Counted from the stretch's first letter, positions 37,031 to 47,889 are shown. The stretch: DNA of 64,000 nt from Candidatus Pelagibacterales bacterium (GCA_002715265.1 PAYS01000017.1:66775-130774); one strand, 5' to 3'. The notes: generated by a model not told the origin, from the sequence alone. Numbers and translations are program-made.

Positions 37031-39832
37031 ATGGATTATAAAGATACAGTTTTTCTTCCTAAGTCTTCTTTTGGTATGAGAGGAGGTTTGCCTCTTCGTG
37101 AACCTGAAATGATAAAAAGATGGGAAAAAATAAACTTATGGAAAAAATTAAGAGATCAATCTCTTGATAATGAGAAATTTATATTACATGATGGCCCTCC
37201 TTATGCTAATGGTGCAATTCATATAGGTACATCTCTTAATAAAGTTTTAAAAGATATTATAAATAGAAGTAAACAAATGAGTGGTTATAACTCTCATTAT
37301 ATTCCAGGATGGGATTGTCATGGTTTGCCTATAGAGTGGCAAGTAGAACAAAATTATAAGAAAAAAGGCATTAATAAAGATGATATTCCAATTTCTGAAT
37401 TTAGAATGGCTTGTAGGTCATTTGCAGATAAATGGATAGATGCGCAAATGGATGATTTTAAGAGATTGTTTGTACTTGGAGACTGGAATAATAGATACCT
37501 TACTATGAGTTTTAAAGCTGAGGCTCAGATTGTAAGAGAAATAGGGCAATATATTATAAATGGTGGCTTATATATGGGGGCTAAGCCAGTAATGTGGTCG
37601 CCTGTGGAAAAAACTGCGTTAGCAGAAGCGGAAGTAGAATATAAAGAAATAGAATCTACTGCAATATACGTAGCATTTAAGATTAAAGATACTTCTAATG
37701 AAATTTTAAAAGATACTATAATTCCTATATGGACTACAACTCCTTGGACTATACCTGCAAACAGAGCTATAGCTTATGGAGATGATATAAACTATTTAGC
37801 AATAAAAATAGAACAATGCAGTTGTGAAGAAGGAAATTTTAATAATAAAAAGATTTTAGTTGCAGAAGACAGATTAAGTACTTTTATGGAAGTATTAAAA
37901 ATTAATAAATATAAAGTACTTGATAAAATTTTAGGAAAAAATATAAAAGAAACTATTTGTCATCATCCATTATATCAGTCTGGTTTTGATTTTGATGTTC
38001 CTTTACTTTCTGGAAGTTTTGTTTCTACTGAACAAGGTACAGGTTTTGTGCACATTGCTCCTGGTCATGGAGAAGATGATTTTGAGTTAGGTAAAAAGTA
38101 TAATATCTCAGTGCCTAATACTGTAAAAGATGGTGGCACTTATTCTGAAACTGTTCCTCTATTTTCTGGTGTACATGTATTTAAAGCAACTGATCCAGTA
38201 TGTGAAGCATTAAAAACGTCTAATAGTTTAATAGCTCGGGAAAAATATTTGCATAGTTATCCTCATTCTTGGAGATCAAAAAAGCCTGTAATATTTAGAG
38301 CTACTAAGCAATGGTTTATTTCTATGGAAAAAAACAATTTAAAGAAGTTGGCACTTAAAGCTATAGAGGACACGATGTGGGTGCCTGAAATTTCTAAAAA
38401 TAGAATTAAATCTATGGTGGAAGATAGACCAGATTGGTGTGTTTCTCGACAAAGAGTATGGGGTGTTCCAATTACAGTTTTCATAAATAAAAAGTCTGGA
38501 GATATACTTAGAGATAAAGAAGTCAATGAAAGAATAGCAATATCAGTAGAAAAACTTGGTGCAGATGCATGGTTTTCAGAAAGCCCTCAAAAGTTCTTAG
38601 GTAGTAAATATAAAATTGAGGATTTTGAGCAAGTACAAGATATTCTTGATGTATGGTTTGATTCGGGTTCTACTCATTCTTTTGTTTTAGATGGAAACAA
38701 AGATCAAAAGTGGCCGGCAGATTTGTATTTAGAAGGGACGGATCAACATAGAGGCTGGTTTCATTCTTCTTTATTAGAAGCTTGTGGAACACGTGGAAGA
38801 GCACCTTTTGATGCAGTATTAACTCATGGATTTGTTCTAGATGGTAATGGCCGTAAAATGTCTAAAAGTATTGGTAACGTTATATCCCCACAAGACGTTA
38901 TTAAAAAATATGGTGCTGATATATTAAGATTATGGGTAGCTATGACTGATGTTACAGAAGATGTAAGAATTAGTGACGAAGTTTTAAAAGGTGTAAGTGA
39001 ATCATATAGACGATTAAGAAATACTATACGTTTTGCTATTGGAGCTCTATCTGATTTTGATGTTAATGAAATTGTTGATTATGACGATATGCCAAAAGTG
39101 GAAAAATGGGTATTACATAGACTGAAGGAAATAGATGAATTAAGAAAACAAGCAATTGAAAATTATACTTATCAATCTTTTTATAGTGAGTTACATAATT
39201 TTTGTTCGCAGGATTTATCAGCTTTTTATTTTGATATAAGAAAAGATACACTTTATTGTGATGATAAAAATAATAATGTTAGAAAGTCTTGCAGAACTGT
39301 TTTAAAACAAGTTTTTGATTGTTTGACAGCATGGCTGGCTCCTGTTTTAAGTTATACTGCAGAAGAAGCATGGCTAGCTCATATAGGAGATGATAATGAG
39401 GAAAGTGTTCATTTAAGACATTTCCCTTCATTATCAGAAAATTATATTGATGATAAATTAAAAAATAAATGGGATTTATTGAGAAAGATCAGAGGTGTTG
39501 TAAATGGAGCTCTTGAAATTGCAAGACAGGAAAAAACAATAGGCTCAAGTCTAGATGCAGGTATATCAATATATATTGAAAACCAGGAATATATAAATGC
39601 TATAGATGATATTGATCTAGAAGAGTTATTTATAGTTTCAAGTGTAAAGGTTATAGAAGAAAAAGTTAGTATAGATTGTTATCGAGAAGAAAATCTTGAG
39701 GGTTTTGGAGTGAGGGTTTATAAATCTTCAGGAAAAAAATGTGTAAGATGTTGGAAGATAAGAGAAGACGTTATTAAAATAGACTCTGATATAATATGTA
39801 AAAGATGTGATGGAGTTATAAAAAATATATGA
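37031..39832 (+). CDS. ileS: isoleucine--tRNA ligase
   Basis: Class I HIGH (PYANGAIHIGT) and KMSKS motifs, CP1 editing domain, C-terminal zinc finger CVRCW...CKRC. Start ATG 37031. Confidence 0.97.
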   Translation: MDYKDTVFLPKSSFGMRGGLPLREPEMIKRWEKINLWKKLRDQSLDNEKFILHDGPPYANGAIHIGTSLNKVLKDIINRSKQMSGYNSHYIPGWDCHGLPIEWQVEQNYKKKGINKDDIPISEFRMACRSFADKWIDAQMDDFKRLFVLGDWNNRYLTMSFKAEAQIVREIGQYIINGGLYMGAKPVMWSPVEKTALAEAEVEYKEIESTAIYVAFKIKDTSNEILKDTIIPIWTTTPWTIPANRAIAYGDDINYLAIKIEQCSCEEGNFNNKKILVAEDRLSTFMEVLKINKYKVLDKILGKNIKETICHHPLYQSGFDFDVPLLSGSFVSTEQGTGFVHIAPGHGEDDFELGKKYNISVPNTVKDGGTYSETVPLFSGVHVFKATDPVCEALKTSNSLIAREKYLHSYPHSWRSKKPVIFRATKQWFISMEKNNLKKLALKAIEDTMWVPEISKNRIKSMVEDRPDWCVSRQRVWGVPITVFINKKSGDILRDKEVNERIAISVEKLGADAWFSESPQKFLGSKYKIEDFEQVQDILDVWFDSGSTHSFVLDGNKDQKWPADLYLEGTDQHRGWFHSSLLEACGTRGRAPFDAVLTHGFVLDGNGRKMSKSIGNVISPQDVIKKYGADILRLWVAMTDVTEDVRISDEVLKGVSESYRRLRNTIRFAIGALSDFDVNEIVDYDDMPKVEKWVLHRLKEIDELRKQAIENYTYQSFYSELHNFCSQDLSAFYFDIRKDTLYCDDKNNNVRKSCRTVLKQVFDCLTAWLAPVLSYTAEEAWLAHIGDDNEESVHLRHFPSLSENYIDDKLKNKWDLLRKIRGVVNGALEIARQEKTIGSSLDAGISIYIENQEYINAIDDIDLEELFIVSSVKVIEEKVSIDCYREENLEGFGVRVYKSSGKKCVRCWKIREDVIKIDSDIICKRCDGVIKNI

Positions 39833-40287
39833 AAATAAATTTTTATTTTTTTTCTCTAATGATATTGATAGTCTTTCTTGATCAAATTAGTAAGTTTTTA
39901 GTATTAAATATTATGCTTAAATCATTAACAGAAATTAATATACTGCCATTTTTAAATATAACTCTTGTCTTTAATTCAGGAGTTGCATTTGGTTTTTTTC
40001 AAAAATTTGGGCAAAATTTGCCTTATATTCTTTCAATTTTAGGTTTTATGATAGGATTAGGTATAGTAATATGGACAATATATAATAAAAAACACTATAC
40101 AGCTATGGCTTTAATTGCTGGAGGAGCATTTGGAAACGTAATAGATAGATTAAGGTTAGGTGTGGTAATTGATTATATAGATATATTTTGGAATAATTTA
40201 CATTGGCCTGCGTTTAATATAGCTGATATGAGTATATGTGTGGGAGCTTTTGTATATCTGTATTTTGAGTATAAGAATAAGGTTTAG
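39829..40287 (+). CDS. lspA: lipoprotein signal peptidase II
   Basis: FNSGVAFG, GNVIDR and FNIADM motifs. ATGA overlap with the ileS stop. Confidence 0.93.
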   Translation: MKINFYFFSLMILIVFLDQISKFLVLNIMLKSLTEINILPFLNITLVFNSGVAFGFFQKFGQNLPYILSILGFMIGLGIVIWTIYNKKHYTAMALIAGGAFGNVIDRLRLGVVIDYIDIFWNNLHWPAFNIADMSICVGAFVYLYFEYKNKV

Positions 40288-40293
40288 TGTCTG

Positions 40294-41034
40294 ATGCTAT
40301 TGAATATAAAAAATAATTTAAAGTATATTTTAATCATATTTTTATTTTTGCAATTTGGTTGCGGTGATTCTACTAAAAAGAAGATGGGTATAATTAATTC
40401 ACCACCAGATGAATTTCAGGTATATAAGCAAAAAGAGCTTTCGGTTCCTCCTAATTTTGAGTTACGAGCTCCAGGAAGTGAGAATTCTAATAATAATATA
40501 GAAGAGGAAACTTTTTTGTTTACTAATGATGAAAAAGGAGAATTGTCAATTAATGATGAAATTTTATTAATGTCAGTGGGTAAAAATGAAGTAAATTCAG
40601 ATATTAGAGAAATAATAGATGAAGATAATTCTCTGAAAGAATTGGATAAATCTACTTTAGATAAAATATTAGATTTTGAACCAATTTTTGAAGCAGATAA
40701 AAAAGAAAATATAATTAATGCCTCAGAAGAAAAAGAAAGATTAGAAAAAATTAAATCTGAAATAAATGATATAGATGCTGACGTTAAGGAAATTGAAAAT
40801 ACAAATGATAAAGGTGAACAAAAATTCGAACAGACTTCACTACATTCTATTGCTACGGAGAATGATGAAAATAGAAAACCTCTAGCCGATAAAAACAATA
40901 AAGTAGATGAGGAAGATTCTTTTTTAGATAAAATTTTCGATTTTGATTTATTTGGTTCAGACGATGAAGAGCCAGATTCTGAAAACCAAAGAGATAGTAC
41001 CTTTTTTAATAAAGAAAAGAAAAAGAGTGAATAA
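40294..41034 (+). CDS. DUF3035-family lipoprotein with extended acidic C-terminal tail
   Basis: Lipobox LQFGCG, then PPDEFQVYKQKELSVPPNFELRAPG, which matches the DUF3035 core (PDEF.V....L..PP.f.L..PG). Position after lspA is typical for Alphaproteobacteria. The last roughly 170 aa are D/E/K/N-rich low complexity. Confidence 0.72.
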   Translation: MLLNIKNNLKYILIIFLFLQFGCGDSTKKKMGIINSPPDEFQVYKQKELSVPPNFELRAPGSENSNNNIEEETFLFTNDEKGELSINDEILLMSVGKNEVNSDIREIIDEDNSLKELDKSTLDKILDFEPIFEADKKENIINASEEKERLEKIKSEINDIDADVKEIENTNDKGEQKFEQTSLHSIATENDENRKPLADKNNKVDEEDSFLDKIFDFDLFGSDDEEPDSENQRDSTFFNKEKKKSE

Positions 41035-41040
41035 TATCAT

Positions 41041-42288
41041 ATGGGTTCTACAAAAGATTTAATTTTTAAATCATCGGGCTGGAAGGGCGACGATAATTTA
41101 TTAACAAAAGCTAGAAATATAATAATTTCTATGAAGGAAAAAAGAAAGAATAAGGAAATTCCTCTCTTTTCTATATTAGATAATGATACTGATATTAAAA
41201 AAATCATAAATGATTCAAAATTTTTTATTAATAATAAAACTATTATAACTGATTTTGTTTTGATAGGAACAGGAGGCTCAAGTTTAGGAGCAACTACATT
41301 AATTAAATCAAATGTAAATGAAAAAACGAAAATTCAATTTCATGTTCTAGATAGTTTAGATCCACTAACAATAAAAAAAACTTTAGATAAACTTACACCG
41401 CAAACATCTAAATTTTTAGTTATTTCTAAATCTGGTAAAACTACTGAAATTATTGCACTTATGATGATCGTTATAGACTGGCTAAATAATAGTAAAGTAA
41501 AAATATCTGAAAATGTTATGTGCATGTATGATTATGGTATGGCTATGGAAAGTCCTGTTGCAAAAATATCAAGAGAATATGGATTAAATAACACTTCTCA
41601 TCCTAATATTGGAGGCAGGTTTTCTGCACTGACGGCCACTGGATTACTTCCTGCGACCGTAATGGGAATAGATCCTTATTTATTAAGAAATAAATCTCAA
41701 GAAGCTATTAATAGATATTTAAATGTTGATAATCAATTTATTTTGAATTCATCATTATTTTCTAGTAAGGGAATAAATAAAAATAAATTAAATTGTGTGA
41801 TTCATTATGGAGATAATTTGTCACCATTTTTATTTTGGTACAGACAATTATGGAATGAATCTTTAGGTAAAAAAGGTGAAGGAACATTTTTATTAACAGC
41901 GAAGGGTAGTATAGATCAGCATAGTCAGTTACAAATGTGGTTGGATGGTCCTAATAATGGATTATTTACTTTTTTAAATATGAGAAATACTAAAGTTGAT
42001 ACAGATGTACCTTTTAACAAAAAATTATCATCTATTTCTAAAATTTCTTCTTTTGAATTGCTCAATGTAATGAGTAAGTCAACTTATCAGGCATTAGCAG
42101 ACAAAAGTAGACCTGTAAGAAGCATTTCAGTAAATGATTTGTCAGTTGAATCTACAGTTTCTTTAATGATAGTATTTATAATAGAGGTTTTATTAGTTGC
42201 AGAATTACTTAAAATTAATCCATATGACCAAGATGCTGTTGAAGATATAAAAATAAATACATTACGAAATTTAAAAAAATATGAATAA
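41041..42288 (+). CDS. pgi: glucose-6-phosphate isomerase (short form)
   Basis: SIS-domain motifs GIGGSSLG-like (GTGGSSLGA), ISKSGKTTE, GGRFSALTATGL. 415 aa. Confidence 0.85.
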   Translation: MGSTKDLIFKSSGWKGDDNLLTKARNIIISMKEKRKNKEIPLFSILDNDTDIKKIINDSKFFINNKTIITDFVLIGTGGSSLGATTLIKSNVNEKTKIQFHVLDSLDPLTIKKTLDKLTPQTSKFLVISKSGKTTEIIALMMIVIDWLNNSKVKISENVMCMYDYGMAMESPVAKISREYGLNNTSHPNIGGRFSALTATGLLPATVMGIDPYLLRNKSQEAINRYLNVDNQFILNSSLFSSKGINKNKLNCVIHYGDNLSPFLFWYRQLWNESLGKKGEGTFLLTAKGSIDQHSQLQMWLDGPNNGLFTFLNMRNTKVDTDVPFNKKLSSISKISSFELLNVMSKSTYQALADKSRPVRSISVNDLSVESTVSLMIVFIIEVLLVAELLKINPYDQDAVEDIKINTLRNLKKYE

Positions 42289-44032
42289 AATTAGAAGGCT
42301 GCCTAATAATTTAATTAATCAAATTGCTGCAGGCGAAGTAATAGAAAGACCTAGTTCTGCTTTAAAAGAATTATTAGAAAACTCTTTAGATGCTCATGCT
42401 ACTAAAATTGAAATAAATTTAATTGATGGAGGAAAGTCAATTATAGAGGTAATTGATAATGGCAAAGGAATGCAATTAGAAGACTTAAAGTTATGTTTAG
42501 AACGTCATGCCACTTCAAAAATTATTAATCAAGATTTATCTAATATTCAATCTTTAGGTTTTAGAGGAGAAGCTTTACCTTCAATAGGATCGATTGCAGA
42601 TATATCTATCGAGACTAAGGAAGAAAATTCACAAGAGGCTTGGAAAATTTCTATATTTAATAAAGAAAAACAAAAATTAGAGCCATCTAATATTAGAATT
42701 GGAACTAAGGTTGAAATAAGAGATATTTTTTATAAAGTTCCGGCTAGATTAAAATTTTTAAAGTCTAATGGAACTGAAACTAGATATTGTAGGGAAGTTA
42801 TAAAACATCTAGCAATGTCCCATCCAAATGTATCTTTTATATTAACTGTGGATACAAAAAATATTTTTAATTGGCGGGGTAATAAACAGATAAATTTTGA
42901 GTCTACAAAATATAGGCTTTCTCAAGTAATGGGAGATGAATTTTCTAATAGTTCTGTAACTGTAAATAAGGAAAAGATAGGATGCCGTTTATTAGGTATG
43001 GTAGGTATACCTACTTTAAATAGAAATACAGGTAGAGAACAATATCTTTTTGTTAATAATAGACCAGTTAAAGACAGAAGTTTATTAGGTGCGTTAAGGG
43101 TAGCTTATAAAGGGTTGATTGAACATAGTAGATTTTCCGTTGCAGTTTTATTTATTGAGATAAACCCTTTAGATGTTGATGTTAATGTGCATCCTGCAAA
43201 AGCAGAAGTACGTTTCAAGGACGCAGCAAAAATTAGGTCTTTAATAATAAACGGTGTTAGAGAAGCTTTAGATAATGCAGGATTAAAAACTGCACAAGAA
43301 ATTTCAAATAAAATGTTTGATAAAATAGAAACAACTTCTTTGAATTTAAATAATGATAAAGAATTTAATAGTAATCAGTTAAATAATATAAGTTTATTAC
43401 CAGGTGCAAATGTTAAGACTCCAAATATTGTAGAGCTAAATCATAGTAAATCTTTTCCACTTGGAGCTGCTATAGCTCAAGCTCATGAAACTTATATTAT
43501 TGCTGAAACTAATAATGGTATTATTCTTATTGATCAACATGCTGCGCATGAAAGAATAGTTTTAGAAAAAATTAGATCCGGATATTTAAATGATAATATA
43601 GAAAAGCAAATATTATTAATACCAGAAATAGTAAAGTTATCTTCAGATCATTTTTCCGTTATAATTAAACATCTTAAAAGTTTGTTGAAAATTGGGCTTG
43701 TAATAGAAGAATTTGATTTAAATACAGTTATAGTTAGAGAACATCCTGCAATATTAAATAAAGTTAAATTTGAAGAGTTGATTAAAGATATTGCTGAGGA
43801 AATACTAGAATTTGGAAACGAATTTGTTTTGTCGGAAAGATTAGATAATATATGTGGTAATATGGCTTGTCATTCAAGTATTAGGGCAGGTAGAAATTTG
43901 AAAGCTTCTGAAATGAATGCGTTATTAAGAGAAATGGAAAATACACCAAATTCAAGTCAATGTAACCATGGTAGGCCTACATTTATAAAGTTAAGTTTAA
44001 AAGATATTGAAAATTTATTTGGTAGAACTTAA
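42281..44032 (+). CDS. mutL: DNA mismatch repair protein MutL
   Basis: GHKL ATPase N-terminus NQIAAGEVIERP, DNGKGM, GFRGEAL. C-terminal dimerisation domain with QHAAHERI and CNHGRPT. Confidence 0.95.
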   Translation: MNKIRRLPNNLINQIAAGEVIERPSSALKELLENSLDAHATKIEINLIDGGKSIIEVIDNGKGMQLEDLKLCLERHATSKIINQDLSNIQSLGFRGEALPSIGSIADISIETKEENSQEAWKISIFNKEKQKLEPSNIRIGTKVEIRDIFYKVPARLKFLKSNGTETRYCREVIKHLAMSHPNVSFILTVDTKNIFNWRGNKQINFESTKYRLSQVMGDEFSNSSVTVNKEKIGCRLLGMVGIPTLNRNTGREQYLFVNNRPVKDRSLLGALRVAYKGLIEHSRFSVAVLFIEINPLDVDVNVHPAKAEVRFKDAAKIRSLIINGVREALDNAGLKTAQEISNKMFDKIETTSLNLNNDKEFNSNQLNNISLLPGANVKTPNIVELNHSKSFPLGAAIAQAHETYIIAETNNGIILIDQHAAHERIVLEKIRSGYLNDNIEKQILLIPEIVKLSSDHFSVIIKHLKSLLKIGLVIEEFDLNTVIVREHPAILNKVKFEELIKDIAEEILEFGNEFVLSERLDNICGNMACHSSIRAGRNLKASEMNALLREMENTPNSSQCNHGRPTFIKLSLKDIENLFGRT

Positions 44033-44586
44033 AGTTTTTTAAAAAATATAATTTCTGTTATTCCTTGTTTTCTCGAATCTAATAATTCAAATCTTTTTGC
44101 AAGTTGTATATTATTGGAACTATTTTTTTCTAAAATATAAATTGCTTCCTCATCAATACAACCACTGCTCACCCAATTATCTATAACCTTTATTAAATTA
44201 TTTATTTTATATGGAGGGTCTATAAAACATAAATTTATATTAGAAATGCTTTTTAAAGGTTTTACAGCATTATTTTTTACAACTTTACAATTTTCTTCTT
44301 CTTTAAGTTTTCTTATATTTTTATTAATTGTATTAATAGCCTCATTATTATTATCTATAAACACACAGCTATTGCATCCTCTAGATATACATTCAAGTCC
44401 AAATGCACCACTGCCTGCAAATAAGTCTAGTACATTAATATTTTCTATATTTAATTTTATGTTATTAGAATGTTTGAGCATACTAAAAATAGTTTCTTTT
44501 AATCGCGCAGAAGTTGGGCGAGTATTTAAGTTTTTTGGAGTATAGATTGATTTGTTTTTATGTTTTCCTGCAATAATTTTAATCAA
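44029..44586 (-). CDS. rsmD: 16S rRNA (guanine966-N2)-methyltransferase RsmD
   Basis: 185 aa. RPT..R.KE..F, DLFAGSGA SAM-binding motif and DPPY catalytic motif. Confidence 0.88.
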   Translation of the reverse strand: MIKIIAGKHKNKSIYTPKNLNTRPTSARLKETIFSMLKHSNNIKLNIENINVLDLFAGSGAFGLECISRGCNSCVFIDNNNEAINTINKNIRKLKEEENCKVVKNNAVKPLKSISNINLCFIDPPYKINNLIKVIDNWVSSGCIDEEAIYILEKNSSNNIQLAKRFELLDSRKQGITEIIFFKKL

Positions 44587-45316
44587 AATTAACCCTTTTT
44601 AAAATATTAGGTTTAATACTTATTTCTTTAATTTCTTCTCTATTTAAATTTTCTAAATTATAAGGACCAAAACTCGTTCTAATTAAATCATTAACTTTTA
44701 AGCCAAAATATTTACAAATATTTCGGATCTCTCTATTTTTACCTTCTCTCATCTTAATTTCTAACCAGCTATTTTTATCATTTTTTTCTATTATCTTTAA
44801 ATCAATTTTGCCATAAGATATTCCATCTATAACTATTCCTCTTTTTAATTTTTCTTTATCAATATTTTTAATATTTCCATGTACTTTTACTTTATAAGAT
44901 CTTTGAATATTATTTTTGGGTAATTCAAAATATCTTTTTAGTTGGCCGTTATTTGTTAATAATAATAATCCTTCAGAATTATAATCTAGTCTTCCTATAT
45001 ACATTAGCCTGCCATAGTTTTTGGAAATTATATCATATATAGTTTTTCTATTTTGTGGATCTTTTTCACTTACTATACAACCTTTAGGTTTGTTAAATAC
45101 ATACAATTTAGAATTCGGAATATTATTTATAATTTGGCCATCAACTAAAATTTTATCATTATTATTTACTAGCATAGCTAAAGAAGTAACAATTTTATTA
45201 TTTATCATTACTTTTTCAGATAGAACATATTTTTCTGCTTCTCTTCGTGAACATAAGCCAGAAGCAGCTATTCGTTTTGCAATACGCATAGAACTAGTTT
45301 TATTAATAGTATTCAT
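44579..45316 (-). CDS. RsuA/RluB-family pseudouridine synthase with S4 domain
   Basis: N-terminal S4 RNA-binding region (IAASGLCSRREAEKYV) and catalytic GRLDYNSEGLLLLTNNG. Confidence 0.88.
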   Translation of the reverse strand: MNTINKTSSMRIAKRIAASGLCSRREAEKYVLSEKVMINNKIVTSLAMLVNNNDKILVDGQIINNIPNSKLYVFNKPKGCIVSEKDPQNRKTIYDIISKNYGRLMYIGRLDYNSEGLLLLTNNGQLKRYFELPKNNIQRSYKVKVHGNIKNIDKEKLKRGIVIDGISYGKIDLKIIEKNDKNSWLEIKMREGKNREIRNICKYFGLKVNDLIRTSFGPYNLENLNREEIKEISIKPNILKRVNFD

Positions 45317-46024
45317 TTAACAAGATTGTATAAAATATTTTATTAATTTTTTATCACCATTATTTATAAAAAATTCTGGATGCCATTGTACACCAATACA
45401 AAAATTTTTCTTTGGATCTTCTATTCCTTCTATTACGCCATCACTAGATATTGCATTTATAATTAATCCCTTTCCTGCTTTTTTGATTGATTGGTGATGT
45501 GCACTATTCACTTTTAGTTTTTTTGAAGATACGATGGAATATAATTTAGTATTTTTATATATCTCTACTTCATGGCCTGCTTCATTTCTTGGGTTTTTTT
45601 GCTCATGTTCTAGAGGAAAAGATATTTCATCAGGTATATGCTGAATTAGAGTTCCTTTATATAAAACATTAATTAATTGTTCTCCTCCACAAATACCTAG
45701 AACAGGTTTATTTTTTTTTAGCATAGATTTTGTTATGGCAAGTTCATAATTGGTCCTATTTCTTTTTAAGTTAACACTTTTATGTATTTTAGAGACTCCA
45801 AATATATTTGGATCAATATCAAAGTTCCCACCTGTTATTATTAAACCATCAAGTTTGTCAATTAATGACTTAATATTATTATTATCATGAGGTATTCCTA
45901 TACCTATTCCACCCATGTATGATATAGAATTAAAATAGTTTTCTCTGATAGCATACCAGGGAAATTTAGAGTAAGTTTTCTCTATTTCATAATCGAGGGT
46001 GAGACCTATTAATGGTTTTTTCAT
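45317..46024 (-). CDS. class I glutamine amidotransferase, peptidase C26 (PuuD-like gamma-glutamyl-GABA hydrolase)
   Basis: Nucleophile elbow GICGGEQL, SAHHQ, and VQWHPE C-terminal His-Glu motif. Confidence 0.8.
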   Translation of the reverse strand: MKKPLIGLTLDYEIEKTYSKFPWYAIRENYFNSISYMGGIGIGIPHDNNNIKSLIDKLDGLIITGGNFDIDPNIFGVSKIHKSVNLKRNRTNYELAITKSMLKKNKPVLGICGGEQLINVLYKGTLIQHIPDEISFPLEHEQKNPRNEAGHEVEIYKNTKLYSIVSSKKLKVNSAHHQSIKKAGKGLIINAISSDGVIEGIEDPKKNFCIGVQWHPEFFINNGDKKLIKYFIQSC

Positions 46025-46079
46025 TTTATCTTACAATTATTTAATTTAATATTATATAAGATATATTCTATTTTGGAGA

Positions 46080-46556
46080 ATGATGGAAAATAATAATCAA
46101 AAATTCTTTATGGACATTGCTATAGAAGAAGCTAAAATAGCAGGCTTAAATGGAGAAGTTCCGATTGGAGCTGTTACTGTAATGAATAATGAAGTGATAG
46201 CAAAATCTGGAAATAAAATGCAAAATTTAAATAATCCTTTGATGCATGCTGAAATAATAGTTTTAAATGAAACATCTGAGTTTTTAATTAATAAAGGTAT
46301 TTCAATAAGACATGCTAAAGTAGATTTATTCACTACATTGGAACCATGCACGATGTGCGCATATGCGATATCGCTATGTCGAATTAGAAATTTATATTAT
46401 GCAGCTGACGATCCTAAGGGGGGTGGAGTAAATTTTGGTAGCAAGGTATTCGAACAAGGTACTTGCCATCATAAACCTAATATTCATAGAGGGTTAAATA
46501 GAAAAATTTCTGAAAATTTATTAAAAGAATTTTTTAAAGTTTTAAGAAAAAAATAA
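46080..46556 (+). CDS. tadA: tRNA adenosine(34) deaminase
   Basis: CDA-fold zinc motifs HAE and PCTMC, with typical TadA length. Confidence 0.9.
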   Translation: MMENNNQKFFMDIAIEEAKIAGLNGEVPIGAVTVMNNEVIAKSGNKMQNLNNPLMHAEIIVLNETSEFLINKGISIRHAKVDLFTTLEPCTMCAYAISLCRIRNLYYAADDPKGGGVNFGSKVFEQGTCHHKPNIHRGLNRKISENLLKEFFKVLRKK

Positions 46557-46565
46557 TTGATTTTA

Positions 46566-47822
46566 TTATTTTCCAATATCTTTTCTATAAAATCCTTCCT
46601 GCCACTCTATATTTTTAATAGCTTCATATATTATTTTCCGGGCAGCTTTAATATCTTTTGCTTTTGCAGTAATAGATAGGACTCTGCCTCCATTTGAAAC
46701 AATATCACCTGATTTATTTATAGTAGTTCCAGCATGAAAAACTTTCACGTTAGGTATTTTATTTACTTTATCTATACCTTTAATTATAGTATTTTTTTTA
46801 TATTTTCCTGGGTAACCTTCAGAAGCCATAACTACTGTCATAGAAGCATCATCATAAAATCTTAAATTAAAATTTTCTAAAGTATGGTCAGTTGCTGCAA
46901 TGATAGCTTCAAATAAGTTTGATTTAATTCTTGTCATTATTACCTGGCATTCAGGATCACCAAATCTAACATTATATTCGATAAGTTTTGGCCCGTCATT
47001 AGTTAACATTAAACCTGCATATAATATACCTTGGAACGGTGTATTTCTTTTATTCATCTCATAAAGAGTAGGATAAATAATATCAGACATAATAGTTTTA
47101 TTCATTTCTTCATTGAGGTGTGGAGTTGGAGAAAATGCACCCATTCCTCCTGTATTAGGCCCAGTATCTCCATCTCCTACTCTTTTGTGGTCTTGCGCGT
47201 TCGTAAGTGGAATAGCGGTTAACCCATCACATAATGCAAAAAAGCTTGCCTCAATACCATTAAGGTGTTCTTCAATTAATATTCTATCACCAGCTTCACC
47301 AAATTTTCCTGAAAATGAGTCTTTCACCGCCTCGGAAGCTTCTTCTATGGTGTTAGCTATAACCACTCCTTTTCCTGCTGCTAATCCATCTGCTTTTATA
47401 ACAATGGGTAAGGATATATTATTTATATAATTTAATGCCTCTTGCTGATTTGAAAATAGTTTATAATTTGCTGTAGGGATATTACCAGCTTTACATACTT
47501 CCTTAGTAAAATTTTTAGACCCTTCTAATTTTGCAGCTGCTTTACTGGGGCCAAAAGTTTTTATATTATTTTGGTTTAGTAAGTCTACTATTCCATTAAC
47601 TAGTGGTATTTCAGGACCTGGAATTACTATATCTACATTTTCGTTTTTGGATAGTTCCAGAATTTCTTCATTATTGTTTATATTGATAGGTATACATTCT
47701 GCTTCTTCACTGATACCTGGATTACCTGGAGCACAGAGGATTTTTGTTACAAGTGGAGAATTAGATAATGCCCAACAAAGTGCATGTTCTCTTGCTCCAT
47801 TTCCTAAAACTAATACTTTCAT
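46566..47822 (-). CDS. purD: phosphoribosylamine--glycine ligase
   Basis: 418 aa ATP-grasp. MKVLVLGNGAREHAL N-terminus, GPNTGGMGA, EYNVRFGDPE. Confidence 0.96.
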   Translation of the reverse strand: MKVLVLGNGAREHALCWALSNSPLVTKILCAPGNPGISEEAECIPININNNEEILELSKNENVDIVIPGPEIPLVNGIVDLLNQNNIKTFGPSKAAAKLEGSKNFTKEVCKAGNIPTANYKLFSNQQEALNYINNISLPIVIKADGLAAGKGVVIANTIEEASEAVKDSFSGKFGEAGDRILIEEHLNGIEASFFALCDGLTAIPLTNAQDHKRVGDGDTGPNTGGMGAFSPTPHLNEEMNKTIMSDIIYPTLYEMNKRNTPFQGILYAGLMLTNDGPKLIEYNVRFGDPECQVIMTRIKSNLFEAIIAATDHTLENFNLRFYDDASMTVVMASEGYPGKYKKNTIIKGIDKVNKIPNVKVFHAGTTINKSGDIVSNGGRVLSITAKAKDIKAARKIIYEAIKNIEWQEGFYRKDIGK

Positions 47823-47889
47823 ATTATATCCCTATATATTTAGACAACTAAATTATATTATTTATAATAAATTAAATAAATATATAAAT

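Noticed and set aside
40416-40898. 160-aa Ser/Leu/Phe-rich ORF antisense to the DUF3035 gene.
   Set aside because: It is the mirror image of the GAA/GAT/AAA-rich acidic tail, since the antisense of Glu/Asp/Lys codons gives Phe/Ser/Ile/Leu. It is a compositional artefact.
47647-47889. 81-codon 5' extension of the listed xseA ORF, and similar extensions of lysA (2480-2575), the Rrf2 gene (22084-22110), sufD, sufS, the SoxYZ-like gene (29763-29807), ileS and speE.
   Set aside because: The extensions overlap neighbouring genes or the predicted operator and add residues absent from the protein families. Internal ATGs with better spacing or RBS restore typical N-termini.
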